Origin: Nitrospirales bacterium
GTDB taxonomy: Bacteria; Nitrospirota; Nitrospiria; Nitrospirales; UBA8639
NCBI GenBank assembly: GCA_963555755.3
Contig: OY820905.2
Location: 576,001-640,000, forward strand
Length of the DNA stretch: 64,000 nt
Direction: 5' to 3'
A program made the position numbers and the translations under genes. The notes beneath the pieces were generated by a model. It was given only the letters and a program-made list of their open reading frames with translations, ran no database searches and was not told where the DNA came from. Below, piece after piece: positions 9,306 through 20,250 of this stretch. The first letter of the stretch is position 1. Each line of letters starts with the position of its first letter.

Positions 9306-9914
9306 ATGAAACGATTCATACTACTTGGGGTTTTGATGAGCGTGATGACACTCGGCGGATGTGCAGGGTCAGGGGAAGTCTTTCAACTCCGCTTGCATGA
9401 TGTGATGCTTCCCTCCATGGAACAAGTCGGAGGGGACCTTTCGGTTGTGGTGTCCGATTTTAGCGATCAACGTCCTCAAACCGAACATCTTGGAAGTCAT
9501 GTCTGCATAACGGGCCACATAACCCATTTTGACCTTATGGATAGCAATCTTGGAAAAGACGTCTCAGATGCATTTGTGGATTTTCTTCAAAAATCAGGAT
9601 TTCAAGTAAACAGTGGTACGAGTGGAGCAGCGGATGTGCGCATTACGGGGAAAGTCACCACGTTTTCGGCCAACGCTACAGGGAAATTTCTTCGCACGAA
9701 CCTAGAGGTTGAGACGATCATGGAATTTGTCATTGCCAATGTGGCGGACGGCAGCACGATTCGCATGACGATCGGAGCCGGTGGAACAGACGATGTCACC
9801 TTTTTTGGTCCAGAGGACATGGAAACCCTCGTGAACGAAGTCCTCCAAGAAGGATTTGAGGAACTGCTCGAACAAACCGTCGTACAGGGGAAAACACTGC
9901 GCAGAAAAATTTAA
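9306..9914 (+). CDS. Lipoprotein (YajG-like)
   Basis: Lipobox LGGC after a hydrophobic stretch; F.DQRP motif; AAGGAG RBS. Confidence 0.6.
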   Translation: MKRFILLGVLMSVMTLGGCAGSGEVFQLRLHDVMLPSMEQVGGDLSVVVSDFSDQRPQTEHLGSHVCITGHITHFDLMDSNLGKDVSDAFVDFLQKSGFQVNSGTSGAADVRITGKVTTFSANATGKFLRTNLEVETIMEFVIANVADGSTIRMTIGAGGTDDVTFFGPEDMETLVNEVLQEGFEELLEQTVVQGKTLRRKI

Positions 9915-10314
9915 CATGGTAAATCACAGACTTTGTTGATTTATCGCTCTTCGCATAAACCCGTACTGACTTTTTTTAATAAATTCCTCCTTATTCCTCC
10001 CCCCTTTGGAGGGGGGCTTGGAGGGATTTTCCTTTCAAGATCTGGCCAAGTTTGAAAAATACTTTCCACGTTCATTCGTCGGCCTTTGGTTTTCAAAGAT
10101 GCTGCAGTATGTGAAGTATAGTAAAATCCTTTCTACCCTCTTTTTCAAAGAGGAAGTCGCATAACACTCCTCACCATTATCCAATTTCCCACACCAATAC
10201 CCAACGCCCTACCCATGGCCTACGTTTCCGTACATGGCACATGCGCCCGTTGGCAGAAAATTTCGTGGTCGCATTTCCCCCCCCTTCCGGTTTTGGTCAA
10301 AACCTATTGAACCT

Positions 10315-11328
10315 ATATGCCTTCCCATTTGACTAAGGTTAGTCCCTAGACTAGTCTGCTGGACTATGGACACAGGGTATGCTGCTGATATCTTGGATTT
10401 TTCTGTTAGGTTCCACACCGAAGAAGCGTGCTTCGAGTACTTGCGGGCGATTCGGTGGCCAGACGGGTTTATGTGTCCAGCTTGCGGTCATCGCGGTGGT
10501 TGGTGGCTCAAAAAATATTTCCGGTTTGAGTGTTCGTCGTGTCATAGACAGACATCACCGCTAAGCGGCACAGTGATGCATAGATCGCACTTGCCGCTAC
10601 GGCTTTGGTTTTGGGCTGCCTATTTCGTCTCCACGCACACACCTGGCATCAGTGCTGTGCAATTGCAGCGTCAACTCAGTATCAAGAAGGTGGATAGCGC
10701 CTGGTATTTGCTCCACAGATTGCGACGAGGAATGGTACGACAGAACCGTGAACGGCTCGCAGGAACAGTTGAAGCCGATGAAACCCATATCGGTGGACCG
10801 GTAAAAGGCAAAACGGGCCGTGGCGTCGCGAAAGCGAAAACCAAGACGTTAATAGCCGGAGCCGTAGAAATTGTCACGTACACACAAGGGGATCACTTTC
10901 GAGAGAAAGCAGGGCGTTTACGATTAGCGATTCTTCAAGACGCTGGAGAGAACGAGATCAAAGCATTCCTCAATAGCCATGTCGCTGAGGGCAGTAAGAT
11001 CAAGTCCGATGGTTGGAAGGGATACTCGGCAAAAGCCTTGGCAGGATACGAACACCTGAGACGGACCCAGGGTGACCCAGCAAGTGCTGGGAAGCACGCT
11101 CCACACATCCATAGAGCGTTCGGCAATCTGCAGACCTGGCTGAACGGGATTCACCATGGAGTGGATTCAAAATACCTGCAACACTATCTTGATGAGTTTG
11201 TCTTTCGCTATAACCGCCGTGAGACTCCAATGAGTACCTTCCAGAGTTTGTTGAAAATCCTGACCAGCAGCTCAAAACCCTTGGGATTCAATAAACTGAA
11301 GCAACCTTAGTTAAATGGGAAGGCATAT
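10315..11328 (+). mobile_element. IS1595-family insertion sequence
   Basis: 26-bp IRs ATATGCCTTCCCATTT(G/A)ACTAAGGTT with one mismatch; no target duplication visible. Confidence 0.9.
10366..11310 (+). CDS. IS1595-family transposase
   Basis: Zn ribbon CPACG...CSSC, VEADETHIGG, SDGW, HHGV..KYLQHYLDEF.FRYNRR. Confidence 0.92.
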   Translation: MDTGYAADILDFSVRFHTEEACFEYLRAIRWPDGFMCPACGHRGGWWLKKYFRFECSSCHRQTSPLSGTVMHRSHLPLRLWFWAAYFVSTHTPGISAVQLQRQLSIKKVDSAWYLLHRLRRGMVRQNRERLAGTVEADETHIGGPVKGKTGRGVAKAKTKTLIAGAVEIVTYTQGDHFREKAGRLRLAILQDAGENEIKAFLNSHVAEGSKIKSDGWKGYSAKALAGYEHLRRTQGDPASAGKHAPHIHRAFGNLQTWLNGIHHGVDSKYLQHYLDEFVFRYNRRETPMSTFQSLLKILTSSSKPLGFNKLKQP

Positions 11329-11336
11329 CACTCAAA

Positions 11337-12251
11337 ATGGTTCTGAGTCCGCATTTTAATCTCTTTTCAGTTGATAACGCCGAAGTGGCGCTCAATATAT
11401 TGAAAGAGCAACCCATTGATTTGGTCACACTTGATCTGAAACTCCCTGGTGAGCAGGGCATGGCAGTATTGGAAAAGATCCGGGAAGAAGGCCTGAACAC
11501 CGAAGTCATTATTATCACCGGGTACGGAACACTTGAGTCAGCAGTAAAGTCCATACAACATGGCGTGGCTGCCTATGTGGTCAAACCGTTCAACGTCGAT
11601 GAACTCCTAGGCATGATTCATAAAACGCTTGATCGCCGCCGAGACGTAGATTCGCTACGAAGCTCCTTAGAAGCGTTTAGCTCCTTATGGGTTCCTCAGA
11701 GTGGACCGGCATCAACAACAGAAAAACTCGAAACACTCCTTGGTGCCAAAAATCCTGAATTAGCTCGACATGGTAAACGCGTACACTATTATGTGACGTT
11801 GTTACTGGAACACCTCGAGATCCCCACCACGAACAAGGAGGGCATTCAATTGGGTGCGCTCCTGCATGATATCGGACAACTCGGGCTTCGAGATCGAGTG
11901 GCTCTGGGATCTTCCCTACACACAACGGAGGAGACGGATCTCCTCACTTGCCATCCATCGATTGGAGAACGGATGCTCCAATCCATGACATTTCCAGAAG
12001 AAACACGTGCGGTCATTCGCTCACACCATGAACGATATGACGGAACCGGGTTTCCCGACCATCTTCAAGGAGACGGCATTCCTTTGGCTGCACGGATTGT
12101 CGGCATTGCCAACACCTTCGACAATTTGGTGTCAGGTGGGAAGAACGTCGCTCCAATCACCGTACCCGAAGCTCGCGAACACATCCGACGCGAGGCCGGA
12201 CATACGCTTGATCCGAAGCTTGGGAAACTCTTTGCCAAAATCGTCGGGTAA
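11337..12251 (+). CDS. Response regulator with HD-GYP domain, 5'-truncated
   Basis: Receiver motifs DLVTLDLKLPG, IITGYG, KPF; HD-GYP motifs LLHDIG, HHERYDGTGFP; first receiver strand (xxVDD) missing at the IS junction. Confidence 0.8.
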   Translation: MVLSPHFNLFSVDNAEVALNILKEQPIDLVTLDLKLPGEQGMAVLEKIREEGLNTEVIIITGYGTLESAVKSIQHGVAAYVVKPFNVDELLGMIHKTLDRRRDVDSLRSSLEAFSSLWVPQSGPASTTEKLETLLGAKNPELARHGKRVHYYVTLLLEHLEIPTTNKEGIQLGALLHDIGQLGLRDRVALGSSLHTTEETDLLTCHPSIGERMLQSMTFPEETRAVIRSHHERYDGTGFPDHLQGDGIPLAARIVGIANTFDNLVSGGKNVAPITVPEAREHIRREAGHTLDPKLGKLFAKIVG

Positions 12252-12318
12252 ATTAACACCGCGATCCCTTAAGGGGCCGTTGAGAAAGTCCCAACGAGAT
12301 TAGCAAGCCTTTTACCAA

Positions 12319-12498
12319 GGACCTGCGAGAAAATAATTTGATTAATATCGCGCCAAGATTTGGGTCGGATTTGGACGGAACGATTGAGAAATACCCGAGG
12401 CATAGCACAGCTATGGTAAGGGTGTTTCGATTGAGGCCCGTTCAAAGATGGCCCGAAGATTGGATGCGAGATTGATCAAATTATTTTCTCGCAGGTCC
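12319..12498. mobile_element. MITE-like family D, copy 1
   Basis: TIR GGACCTGCGAGAAAATAATTTGAT; 180 bp; second copy at 57145-57324. Confidence 0.85.
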
Positions 12499-12509
12499 TA
12501 AGATGACCC

Positions 12510-14998
12510 ATGAGTAAAATTCATCAGACACAACAACAATTGACCGACGAAGTGACGGTCCTGAAAGATCGAATCGCGCAACTCGAAGCGAGTGAAGTCA
12601 ACCGGAAACGTGCCGAACTGACCTTACGTGCGGCTGCCGAAGAATGGGAGCAATCATTTAACGCCCTGACGGATGAAGTCATGATCTTGGACAAATCCGG
12701 AACCGTGCTCTGGGGTAATAAAGCCGTCCACGACCGATTTGAACCGACTCATGGGAATGTACTCGGGCTCAACTACCGGATGTTGTATTACGGCAGCCTT
12801 CACCCGGATGTCCGTCCGCCCTGGGATTCCGTATTACATGGAGCCCTATCCGCGGCAGTGGAAATCTCTTTACCCAAACTGAATGGATGGTTTTCCGTCT
12901 CCTGTTATCCTCTCTGCGACATCGAAGGCAAACAATGGGGCGCCATCTCGATCATCAAGGATATTACCGACCGCCGTCGTGTCGAAGAAGCCCTCCGTGA
13001 TATTGCTCAAGGTGCCCCTGCTGCTGGGGGAGCTGCGTTCTTTCGCGCGTTAGCCAAAGACCTCGCCAAAGCGCTCGATGTCCAATACGCATTTCTTGCC
13101 GAGTTTCCCGATGCGCATCGCACCATGGCACAAACGGTGGCAGTTTGGGCTCAAGGACAATTCACTGATAATTTTTCCTGGGACATGGTGAATTCACCTG
13201 GGCCTCACATTCTTCACAATAAAACGCCCTCCTGGGGACAGGATGCGCAGCGACATTACCCCTTGGATCTCTTGTTGGCCAAATGGAATATCAATAGTTT
13301 TATTGGCATTCCCCTCCTAAACTCCAAGGAAAACATCATTGGCCTCATTGTCGCAATGGATCCTGGGCCACTACGAAATTTGCAATTAGCTCAATCCATT
13401 CTTGGAGTCTTTGCTGTGCGTGCCGCCAGTGAATTGGAACGCAAGCGCGCCGAAGAAGCGTTACGAGATAATGAAGAACGCTATCGAGCCATCGCCGAAC
13501 ATGCCTACGATTTAATTTTTGAAATCCAACCTAATGGATCCTTGCTGTATTTAAGCCCGAGTTGTGGGGATGTCCTCGGGTATGATCGGAATGAATTCCG
13601 TCAATATAATTTTCTCGATCTGCTCCACCCTGATGATCAACGTATTATCAATCCTGAGTTTGAGGACAATATCCGATCACTGCACGATTTGCAGATGGAA
13701 TGTCGGCTTCATCATCAATCGGGAGAGTGGCGGTGGTTTGAAAGTCACGTCAAACCCTTCAGGACCACAACAGGAGACATCGTGGCCGTGGTGGTGTCAC
13801 GAGATATTACCGAACGCCGACGAATGGATGAAGAACGTGTTCGTGCCACCAAATTGGAATCGATTGGAATCTTGGCTGGAGGCATTGCCCACGACTTCAA
13901 TAATATTTTGACTGCCGTATTTGCGAATATCGGGTTAGCGAAAATGTTATCGGCTAAAGAAGGCGCAAGTTTGAATCCGTCAATAGTTGAACGTTTAACG
14001 GCGGCAGAAAAAGCCTGTCTGCGTGCGAGGGACCTCACCAAACAACTTCTCACATTCGCCAAAGGTGGCACTCCCGAAAAAATCGGGCATCCGTCGCGCG
14101 GTTTATCATCGAAACGGCAGAGTTTGCCCTGCGTGGGTCAAATGTTCGGTGTGACCTGACCTTGCCGGACCACTTATGGTCCGTGGAGGTTGATGAAGGG
14201 CAAATGAGTCAGGTGATTCAAAATCTTATTATCAACGCGGACCATGCGATGCCGGATGGTGGAATCATCCAGATTAAAGCTGAAAATATTGCCGTGGATT
14301 CCTTGCATGGGCTTCCCATCAAATCCGGCCAATATGTTAAAGTATCAATTCAAGATCAGGGGTCGGGCATCCAGCCTGAAAACCTCTCAAAAATTTTCGA
14401 CCCCTATTACACCACCAAGCAAAAAGGAAATGGGTTAGGCCTCGCGACGACGTATTCCATCATCAAGCGTCACGAAGGATATATTACCGTTCAATCGGAA
14501 CCTGGCATCGGCACCAATTTCGTGTTTTATGTGCCCGCGGTTGAAAAAGGAGAGCCTGAAATCGTTGTTGAGGAATCACGAGTCATGCAGGGATCTGGCC
14601 GATTGCTGGTCATGGAAGATGAAGAGGACATCCGAGATATCCTAGGTACGATGTTAGTCCATTTGGGTTATGAGGTAGATTTTGCTACTGATGGAGCCGT
14701 CGCGATTGAACTCTACCGGAAAGCACAAGAGGCGGGGAAACCGTTTACGGCTACCATTTTGGACCTGACCATTCCAGGGGGAGTGGGGGGACGAGAAGCC
14801 ATTCAGCACCTTAAGGCTCTTGACCCGAATGTGGTGGCGCTAGTCTCGAGTGGGTATTCGAATGATCCGGTGATTGCCACCCCGGAACAATTTGGATTTA
14901 AAGGTATGGTGGCAAAACCCTATAATCTGTCCGACTTGGGTAAGGCTTTGGACCGGGCATTGGGAAACGATAACCAGACGACAACCTCACCGTCCTGA
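12510..14998 (+). pseudogene. PAS-GAF-PAS hybrid histidine kinase with receiver domain, split by a frameshift at ~14077-14082
   Basis: H-box GGIAHDFNNIL in ORF 12510-14159; HATPase motifs (QVIQNLIINA, DQGSGI, GLGL) and receiver in ORF 14162-14998; one extra A in the A6 run joins the frames. Confidence 0.75.
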
Positions 14999-16024
14999 AG
15001 AAAACTCTCCAGCGATTTCTTGTGGAGTAAAGACCCCTCGTTCCGTAATAATTCCTGTTACATATTCTGCCGGTGTCATATCAAACGCTGGATTCAAAAC
15101 CTTCACGTTGTCCGGTGCAATACACTTGCTCCCATGCACAGACAGCACTTCCGCTCGGTTTCGTTCTTCAATCGGAATGGCATCCCCGGTCGGTGTTGCG
15201 ATATCAATGGTCGAAGACGGTGCGGCAACATAGAAGGGAATACCATGGACTTTCGCCAAGACCGCAATGGAATAGGTCCCGATCTTATTGGCCACGTCGC
15301 CATTGGCCGCAATCCGGTCAGCCCCCACCACACATACCTGGATTTTTCCCTGACGCATGAACGATCCTGCCATGTTGTCAGTAATCAATGTCACCGGAAT
15401 ACCATCTTGCATCAGCTCCCATACCGTGAGTCGAGCGCCTTGCAAGACGGGCCGTGTTTCATCAGCCAATACCTGAATGTTCTTGCCTGATTCCCACGCT
15501 GCTCGAACCACTCCTAAGGCCGTACCATATCCTGCGGTGGCCAGTGCGCCGGCATTACAATGGGTAAGAATTGTCTGGCCATCTCGAATCAGTTGGGCTC
15601 CATGCTGTCCGATGGTTCGGCACATCGCAATATCTTCTTGCTGGATAGCAATAGCTTCATTCACCAGATGGGTTTGGATGTCTTCGATAGAGCAGTCACG
15701 GTTCTTGTCAAACACACGTTTCATCCGTTCAATGGCCCAAAACAGATTCACGGCTGTCGGACGGGTCGTCGCGAGATGATCGCAAATCTTCAAAACCGCA
15801 GCCCTAAACTCCCGATGATCAGAACATTGAACCGCCTGAGCCCCAAGTGCGACGCCCATAGCAGCCGTCACACCAATCGCCGGCGCTCCCCTCACGCGTA
15901 GTTCTCGAATCGCATCAGCCACGGTGGAATAGTCATGACAGTCGAGAATTTCCACCTGCCCGGGCAACTTGCTCTGGTCAAGCAAACGAACCACACCATC
16001 TTTCCATTCAACTGTCGGGATCAT
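14987..16024 (-). CDS. mtnA: S-methyl-5-thioribose-1-phosphate isomerase
   Basis: [61 protein letters not shown]. Confidence 0.93.
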   Translation of the reverse strand: MIPTVEWKDGVVRLLDQSKLPGQVEILDCHDYSTVADAIRELRVRGAPAIGVTAAMGVALGAQAVQCSDHREFRAAVLKICDHLATTRPTAVNLFWAIERMKRVFDKNRDCSIEDIQTHLVNEAIAIQQEDIAMCRTIGQHGAQLIRDGQTILTHCNAGALATAGYGTALGVVRAAWESGKNIQVLADETRPVLQGARLTVWELMQDGIPVTLITDNMAGSFMRQGKIQVCVVGADRIAANGDVANKIGTYSIAVLAKVHGIPFYVAAPSSTIDIATPTGDAIPIEERNRAEVLSVHGSKCIAPDNVKVLNPAFDMTPAEYVTGIITERGVFTPQEIAGEFSSGR

Positions 16025-16223
16025 GAATCTGGTCCTTCCTTCTAACCGTATGAACACTGTTAAGAATTTTACATTTCAACTAGTACATCCCAAAGCTCCC
16101 TCGCCCCTGTGGGGAGACCTGCCGGCGCGCCGGCGCGCTTTGGCGAAGGCGTGGGGTGAGGAGTTAGCCCGTCAAGAAGTTAAAATTCTAAATCAGTTTT
16201 GCCTGCCGTAAATCCGTCGGACT

Positions 16224-17675
16224 TTACCCTTTGATATTCCCAATTGGCAAGAGTTCCGCCACTTTCTTCGTGATGCCGGCAGTCTCGACCGCTTCAACAA
16301 CCTCGGAAATATTCTTATACGCGAGTCCCGCTTCTTCAGCCAATCCAGACATGGAAACCGCTTTCACAATGATTCCTCTTCGGGCCATATCCTGTAGCAA
16401 TTGGGACCCACGCACCTGCCGTTTCGCTTTGGCTCGGGACATCGTGCGGCCAGCACCATGCATGGTTGAGCCAAACGATTCCTCCATCGCTTGTGATGTG
16501 CCGACTAAAAGATAGGACCCGGTTTCCATCGAACCACCACAGATCACCGGCTGCCCAATATGCCGAAAGGCATCCGGAAGTTCGGGGGATCCAGGACCAA
16601 ACGCGCGTGTCGCCCCTTTCCGGTGAACTAGCAAGGGCTTATCGTGATACCGTTCCACCTTGGCAATGTTGTGGGCCACGTCATAGACCTGATGCATGCC
16701 CATTGACTCGGGAGATTGTTGAAAGACCGTGCGAAACGCCTCACGAATTTGATGGGCAATCACCTGACGGTTGGCAAAGGCCATATTCGCTGCACAATTC
16801 ATCGCAGAAAAATATTCTTGCCCTTCCGGCGATTGAAACGGCGCACAGGCTAATTGTTGATCTTTCACAGACAGGCCATATCGTCTCATGGCTTTTTCAA
16901 AAATCCGAAGATAATCCGTCCCGACTTGATGCCCAAAACCTCGTGAGCCACAATGCACCATGATCACAATCTGCTCATGGCCGTGAATGCCAAGCGCTTC
17001 CGCCACGGCATGATCATAAATCCGGTCATGATGAACGACCTGCACTTCCAAGTAATGGTTGCCCGCCCCTAAGGTTCCCAATTGGTGCATGCCGCGTTTC
17101 AGCGCTTGTTCCGAAATGCAATCCGGATCGGCGCTCCCAAGACAACCTTGCTCTTCAGTATGGGATAAATCTCCAGGCCACCCATAGCCCTGTTCCACAC
17201 TCCAACGTGCGCCTTTTCGCATGACCTCATGGAAACTTTTGGCATTGAGCTTGACGAAGCCCCTGCAACCCACCCCCGCCGGCACATTGCGAAATAGTTC
17301 AGTCATCAACGCATCTAATCGTGGACGCACATCGGCCAACGTCAAATCCGTGCGGATAAGGCGCATCCCGCAATTGATGTCGTAACCCACCCCACCCGGA
17401 GAAATAATGCCGTGTTGCACATCAAACGCCGCCACCCCACCGATGGGAAAACCATATCCCCAATGACCATCCGGCATACACAGGGCATACCTCTGAATGC
17501 CGGGTAAACACGCGACATTCGTCACTTGTTCAAACACACCAACATCCATGTCCTGTATGCCAGCTTCCGTGGCATAAATACGGGCCGGAACCTGCATGCC
17601 CGATTTCTCCGACATCGGGATTTCCCACAAAGCATCGGACAACCGGTTCACCATCATATGGGTTGAGAAGTTCAT
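16224..17675 (-). CDS. rtcB: RtcB RNA ligase (archaeal/eukaryal-like type)
   Basis: PDGHWGYGFPIGG, SPGGVGYDINCG, GNHYLE, HCGSRG, HNIAK, HRKGATRA, HGAGR. Confidence 0.93.
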   Translation of the reverse strand: MNFSTHMMVNRLSDALWEIPMSEKSGMQVPARIYATEAGIQDMDVGVFEQVTNVACLPGIQRYALCMPDGHWGYGFPIGGVAAFDVQHGIISPGGVGYDINCGMRLIRTDLTLADVRPRLDALMTELFRNVPAGVGCRGFVKLNAKSFHEVMRKGARWSVEQGYGWPGDLSHTEEQGCLGSADPDCISEQALKRGMHQLGTLGAGNHYLEVQVVHHDRIYDHAVAEALGIHGHEQIVIMVHCGSRGFGHQVGTDYLRIFEKAMRRYGLSVKDQQLACAPFQSPEGQEYFSAMNCAANMAFANRQVIAHQIREAFRTVFQQSPESMGMHQVYDVAHNIAKVERYHDKPLLVHRKGATRAFGPGSPELPDAFRHIGQPVICGGSMETGSYLLVGTSQAMEESFGSTMHGAGRTMSRAKAKRQVRGSQLLQDMARRGIIVKAVSMSGLAEEAGLAYKNISEVVEAVETAGITKKVAELLPIGNIKG

Positions 17676-17934
17676 GAAAAGATAACGCTTTTTTCCTCTA
17701 AAAAAACTTAGATGTGGTATTTCATGGCCTTGTTTGCAATTTGGTCATGTAAATCCCTTTATTCCCCAATGCTTTGCGACTGGGTTACCATGGAGGTCCC
17801 CCCTTTGGAAAAGGGGGTTAGGGGGATTTTCTAATCATAAAAGTACCCCGTGGATTGCGAGGGGGGATCTTTATTTTATTTCAGATTTCGATATTCGAGT
17901 TTCGGATTTGTTCAATATATTTTTGCACAGAACC

Positions 17935-18375
17935 TTATACATCTAACACAACTCGGGCTCGATAATGGCCAGGTTCTGTATGCACTTCGTACAGATGCTT
18001 CGTGACCGCTTTGACATCGGCGCGGAGTTCTTGAGTCGTGCCATCAATACTAGCCCCCACGATCATCCCCCGAACATGCCAAGTTTGGGCACCCGTATCC
18101 TGCCATACCTCAGCCTGTATATCATGAAATAACACCGCCTCGGCATCTTTGAGAAACACAAAGGTAGACAACCATTCAAATAAAAGATCTTGGAGGGTTG
18201 GTTGAACCAACTGTACTTCATGGTTCCACTGTGTGCCCACTGTGCGTGGGTTCACCATAGCCTCCAGCAGGGCCCCGCCGGCTTCAATAAATAATTCTGA
18301 GGGGGATGCACCCCAAGCGTCAAACGCCAAATCAGCCAGAGCGATATCTTCAAGGAACCGAAATCCTTTGCCCAT
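17935..18375 (-). CDS. Archease
   Basis: FRFLE...AD.AF, LL.EWL, DVKAVTKH, C-terminal VVLDV; directly upstream of rtcB. Confidence 0.88.
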   Translation of the reverse strand: MGKGFRFLEDIALADLAFDAWGASPSELFIEAGGALLEAMVNPRTVGTQWNHEVQLVQPTLQDLLFEWLSTFVFLKDAEAVLFHDIQAEVWQDTGAQTWHVRGMIVGASIDGTTQELRADVKAVTKHLYEVHTEPGHYRARVVLDV

Positions 18376-18583
18376 AGGGATTAGATTGAACTCTTTCCGC
18401 ATGAATGAAAGGAATGAATGGTCATCTCCCTAATAAAAACACAGTATAACAGAATCCCATAGAGTGACGAATACCACCATTTTGGAAAATTCCAAAGCAA
18501 AAAATAACAGATGGAAAGAACCGCGGGTTTGGGGTCACATACGATTTGGGATCAGAGTTTGGGCCAAGTTTGGGGTCAGGCCT

Positions 18584-20052
18584 CAATACTGTTCACTTAG
18601 ATATCTTCGGTGGTTTGATGGATGGTGTCCAGTCAATTTGCGCAACGGGCGGTCTCGGACGTTTGTACGGTGCGTATGGAGAGTTTCTGCGTTTCACCAT
18701 CCTCGGCTTGATTTTTCCACGACTGGATTCACACAACAGTTTCGCCGTCGCCTCAAACAGCAGCCGATACCATGTTTTTTGGCGCTCAGGGGGGAAGGGC
18801 CCCAGATTGGGGCAGGGTTCGACGCACTAACTGCACCGTGGCCGTAAAAGATACTGTGCGGTCCGGGATGTCTGCCTGGGTGGCCCCTTGATACATCAAC
18901 CAGCGCACGGCGTAGTGGGCCATCACCCATCCGTAGAACTCTTGACGCACCAACTCCGGCGTTTTGCTGCGCAGGACGCGACGACGTTGCCTCAGGTGCG
19001 TCTTCAGCTCATCAAACACCAATTCCACCTCCCAGCGCTCGTGATACAGTTGAGCCAGGTCCTGGGCGGGTGCGCCTTGGTCATCCAGCAGCGTGGTGAC
19101 GAGACGGTACAGCGGTTCGCTATTGGGCCCCTGCGGTAAGACATACTCAATCACCCTGATGGCGATCCCATCAATTCGCTTTCTTCTGGCGCGTTCACTG
19201 GGATACAGATGGCTCAGGTACGAGCCATCGTCCAACAGCTTGTCAACTGGAAGGATCAAGCTCTTCGGCATGCGCCAGAGTAGTTGCGCTCCGGTCTGAA
19301 GGCCGGCCTGCCAATGGGCGTACCCGACAAAGCCGCGATCGGCCATGCAGAGCATGTCGGGCGTGAGGCGACGCACCAAGGGCGCGGCCACCTCCCATTC
19401 GGCCTGCTTATAGGCCCCTAGTTCGGCATCCAAAATGGCGTGACTGGCACATTCCGTCAAAATGGCGCACTGGGCTTGGGGGTAGCCGGCCTGCCCGGTT
19501 CGGCTGCCTGGGTACCCAAAGGCTTGCACAGTGGCTTCCTCATCCGGGACCTCAAAGTTGGAGCCATCTATCGCGACGAGTCGGTAGCCTGCAAAAAAGG
19601 CGTGGGCATGCTCTGGACGAGCCAACGGGCGCAAGCAGCGCTGCCCAATGGCTTTCAGCGCCTGCCACGTCAGCCGTGAGCGGGCTTTGCTGATGGCGGA
19701 TTTGACAACGCTCACGGGAGCCACAGGTTGCTGGTCTTGCCAGGACAGCCCTTGGGCCACAGCGGCAAACACCGCTTCGTACGCGGCCTCGCTGTATAAG
19801 CTCAACGCCATGGTGTAGTACACCACGGCAGAAGCGGGAAAGGTGCGGACACGTTCACTGTTACAATGATGTGCGTCAAGTTCTTCGTTGATGATGGCCA
19901 CCGGAAAGGCACGAGCCAGTAATCCCGTGCTCAAATAATCCGCCAATCGAGCCCCCGCCCCCAAGCCGACTTTCTTTCTTGCCATGTTGCCTCCTCCCAG
20001 ATTACGTGTGGAGGCGAAGTATAACAGATTTTCATCTAAGTGAACAGTATTG
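18584..20052 (-). mobile_element. IS4-family insertion sequence (1469 bp)
   Basis: Perfect 19-bp IRs CAATACTGTTCACTTAGAT; 10-bp target duplication GGTCAGGCCT at 18574-18583 and 20053-20062. Confidence 0.93.
18786..19985 (-). CDS. IS4-family transposase, possibly extended by a +1 frameshift
   Basis: LVAIDGS, MADRGF, YHERWEVE..FDELK; ends ...LPP-stop at CCC TGA. Confidence 0.9.
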   Translation of the reverse strand: MARKKVGLGAGARLADYLSTGLLARAFPVAIINEELDAHHCNSERVRTFPASAVVYYTMALSLYSEAAYEAVFAAVAQGLSWQDQQPVAPVSVVKSAISKARSRLTWQALKAIGQRCLRPLARPEHAHAFFAGYRLVAIDGSNFEVPDEEATVQAFGYPGSRTGQAGYPQAQCAILTECASHAILDAELGAYKQAEWEVAAPLVRRLTPDMLCMADRGFVGYAHWQAGLQTGAQLLWRMPKSLILPVDKLLDDGSYLSHLYPSERARRKRIDGIAIRVIEYVLPQGPNSEPLYRLVTTLLDDQGAPAQDLAQLYHERWEVELVFDELKTHLRQRRRVLRSKTPELVRQEFYGWVMAHYAVRWLMYQGATQADIPDRTVSFTATVQLVRRTLPQSGALPP

Positions 20053-20250
20053 GGTCAGGCCTTGCAATGCCACATACGGGGGGCCCAGACCTCACGTTAC
20101 CTCCATCGTGCAATGGCCCTTGCGTTTACTTCTCGAGGATACACCCAAAAGGACATTGCCGAGTATTTTGGCGTTCATTACAGTATCGTCAGTCGAAAGT
20201 GAGCGGAGGAAAGGAAGCCGAAGTGATATGGCATTGCAAACCTGACCCCC
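20053..20250 (+). pseudogene. Deleted remnant of a REP-associated tyrosine transposase (RAYT-type) with REP ends
   Basis: 20113-20202 encodes MALAFTSRGYTQKDIAEYFGVHYSIVSRK (C-terminal HTH); bounded by GGTCAGGCCTTGCAATGCCA and TGGCATTGCAAACCTGACCCC. Confidence 0.65.

Noticed and set aside
17880..17910. Short GATTTCG/ATATTCG/AGTTTCG heptamer run
   Set aside because: Only about four degenerate units with no associated gene; too weak to interpret.
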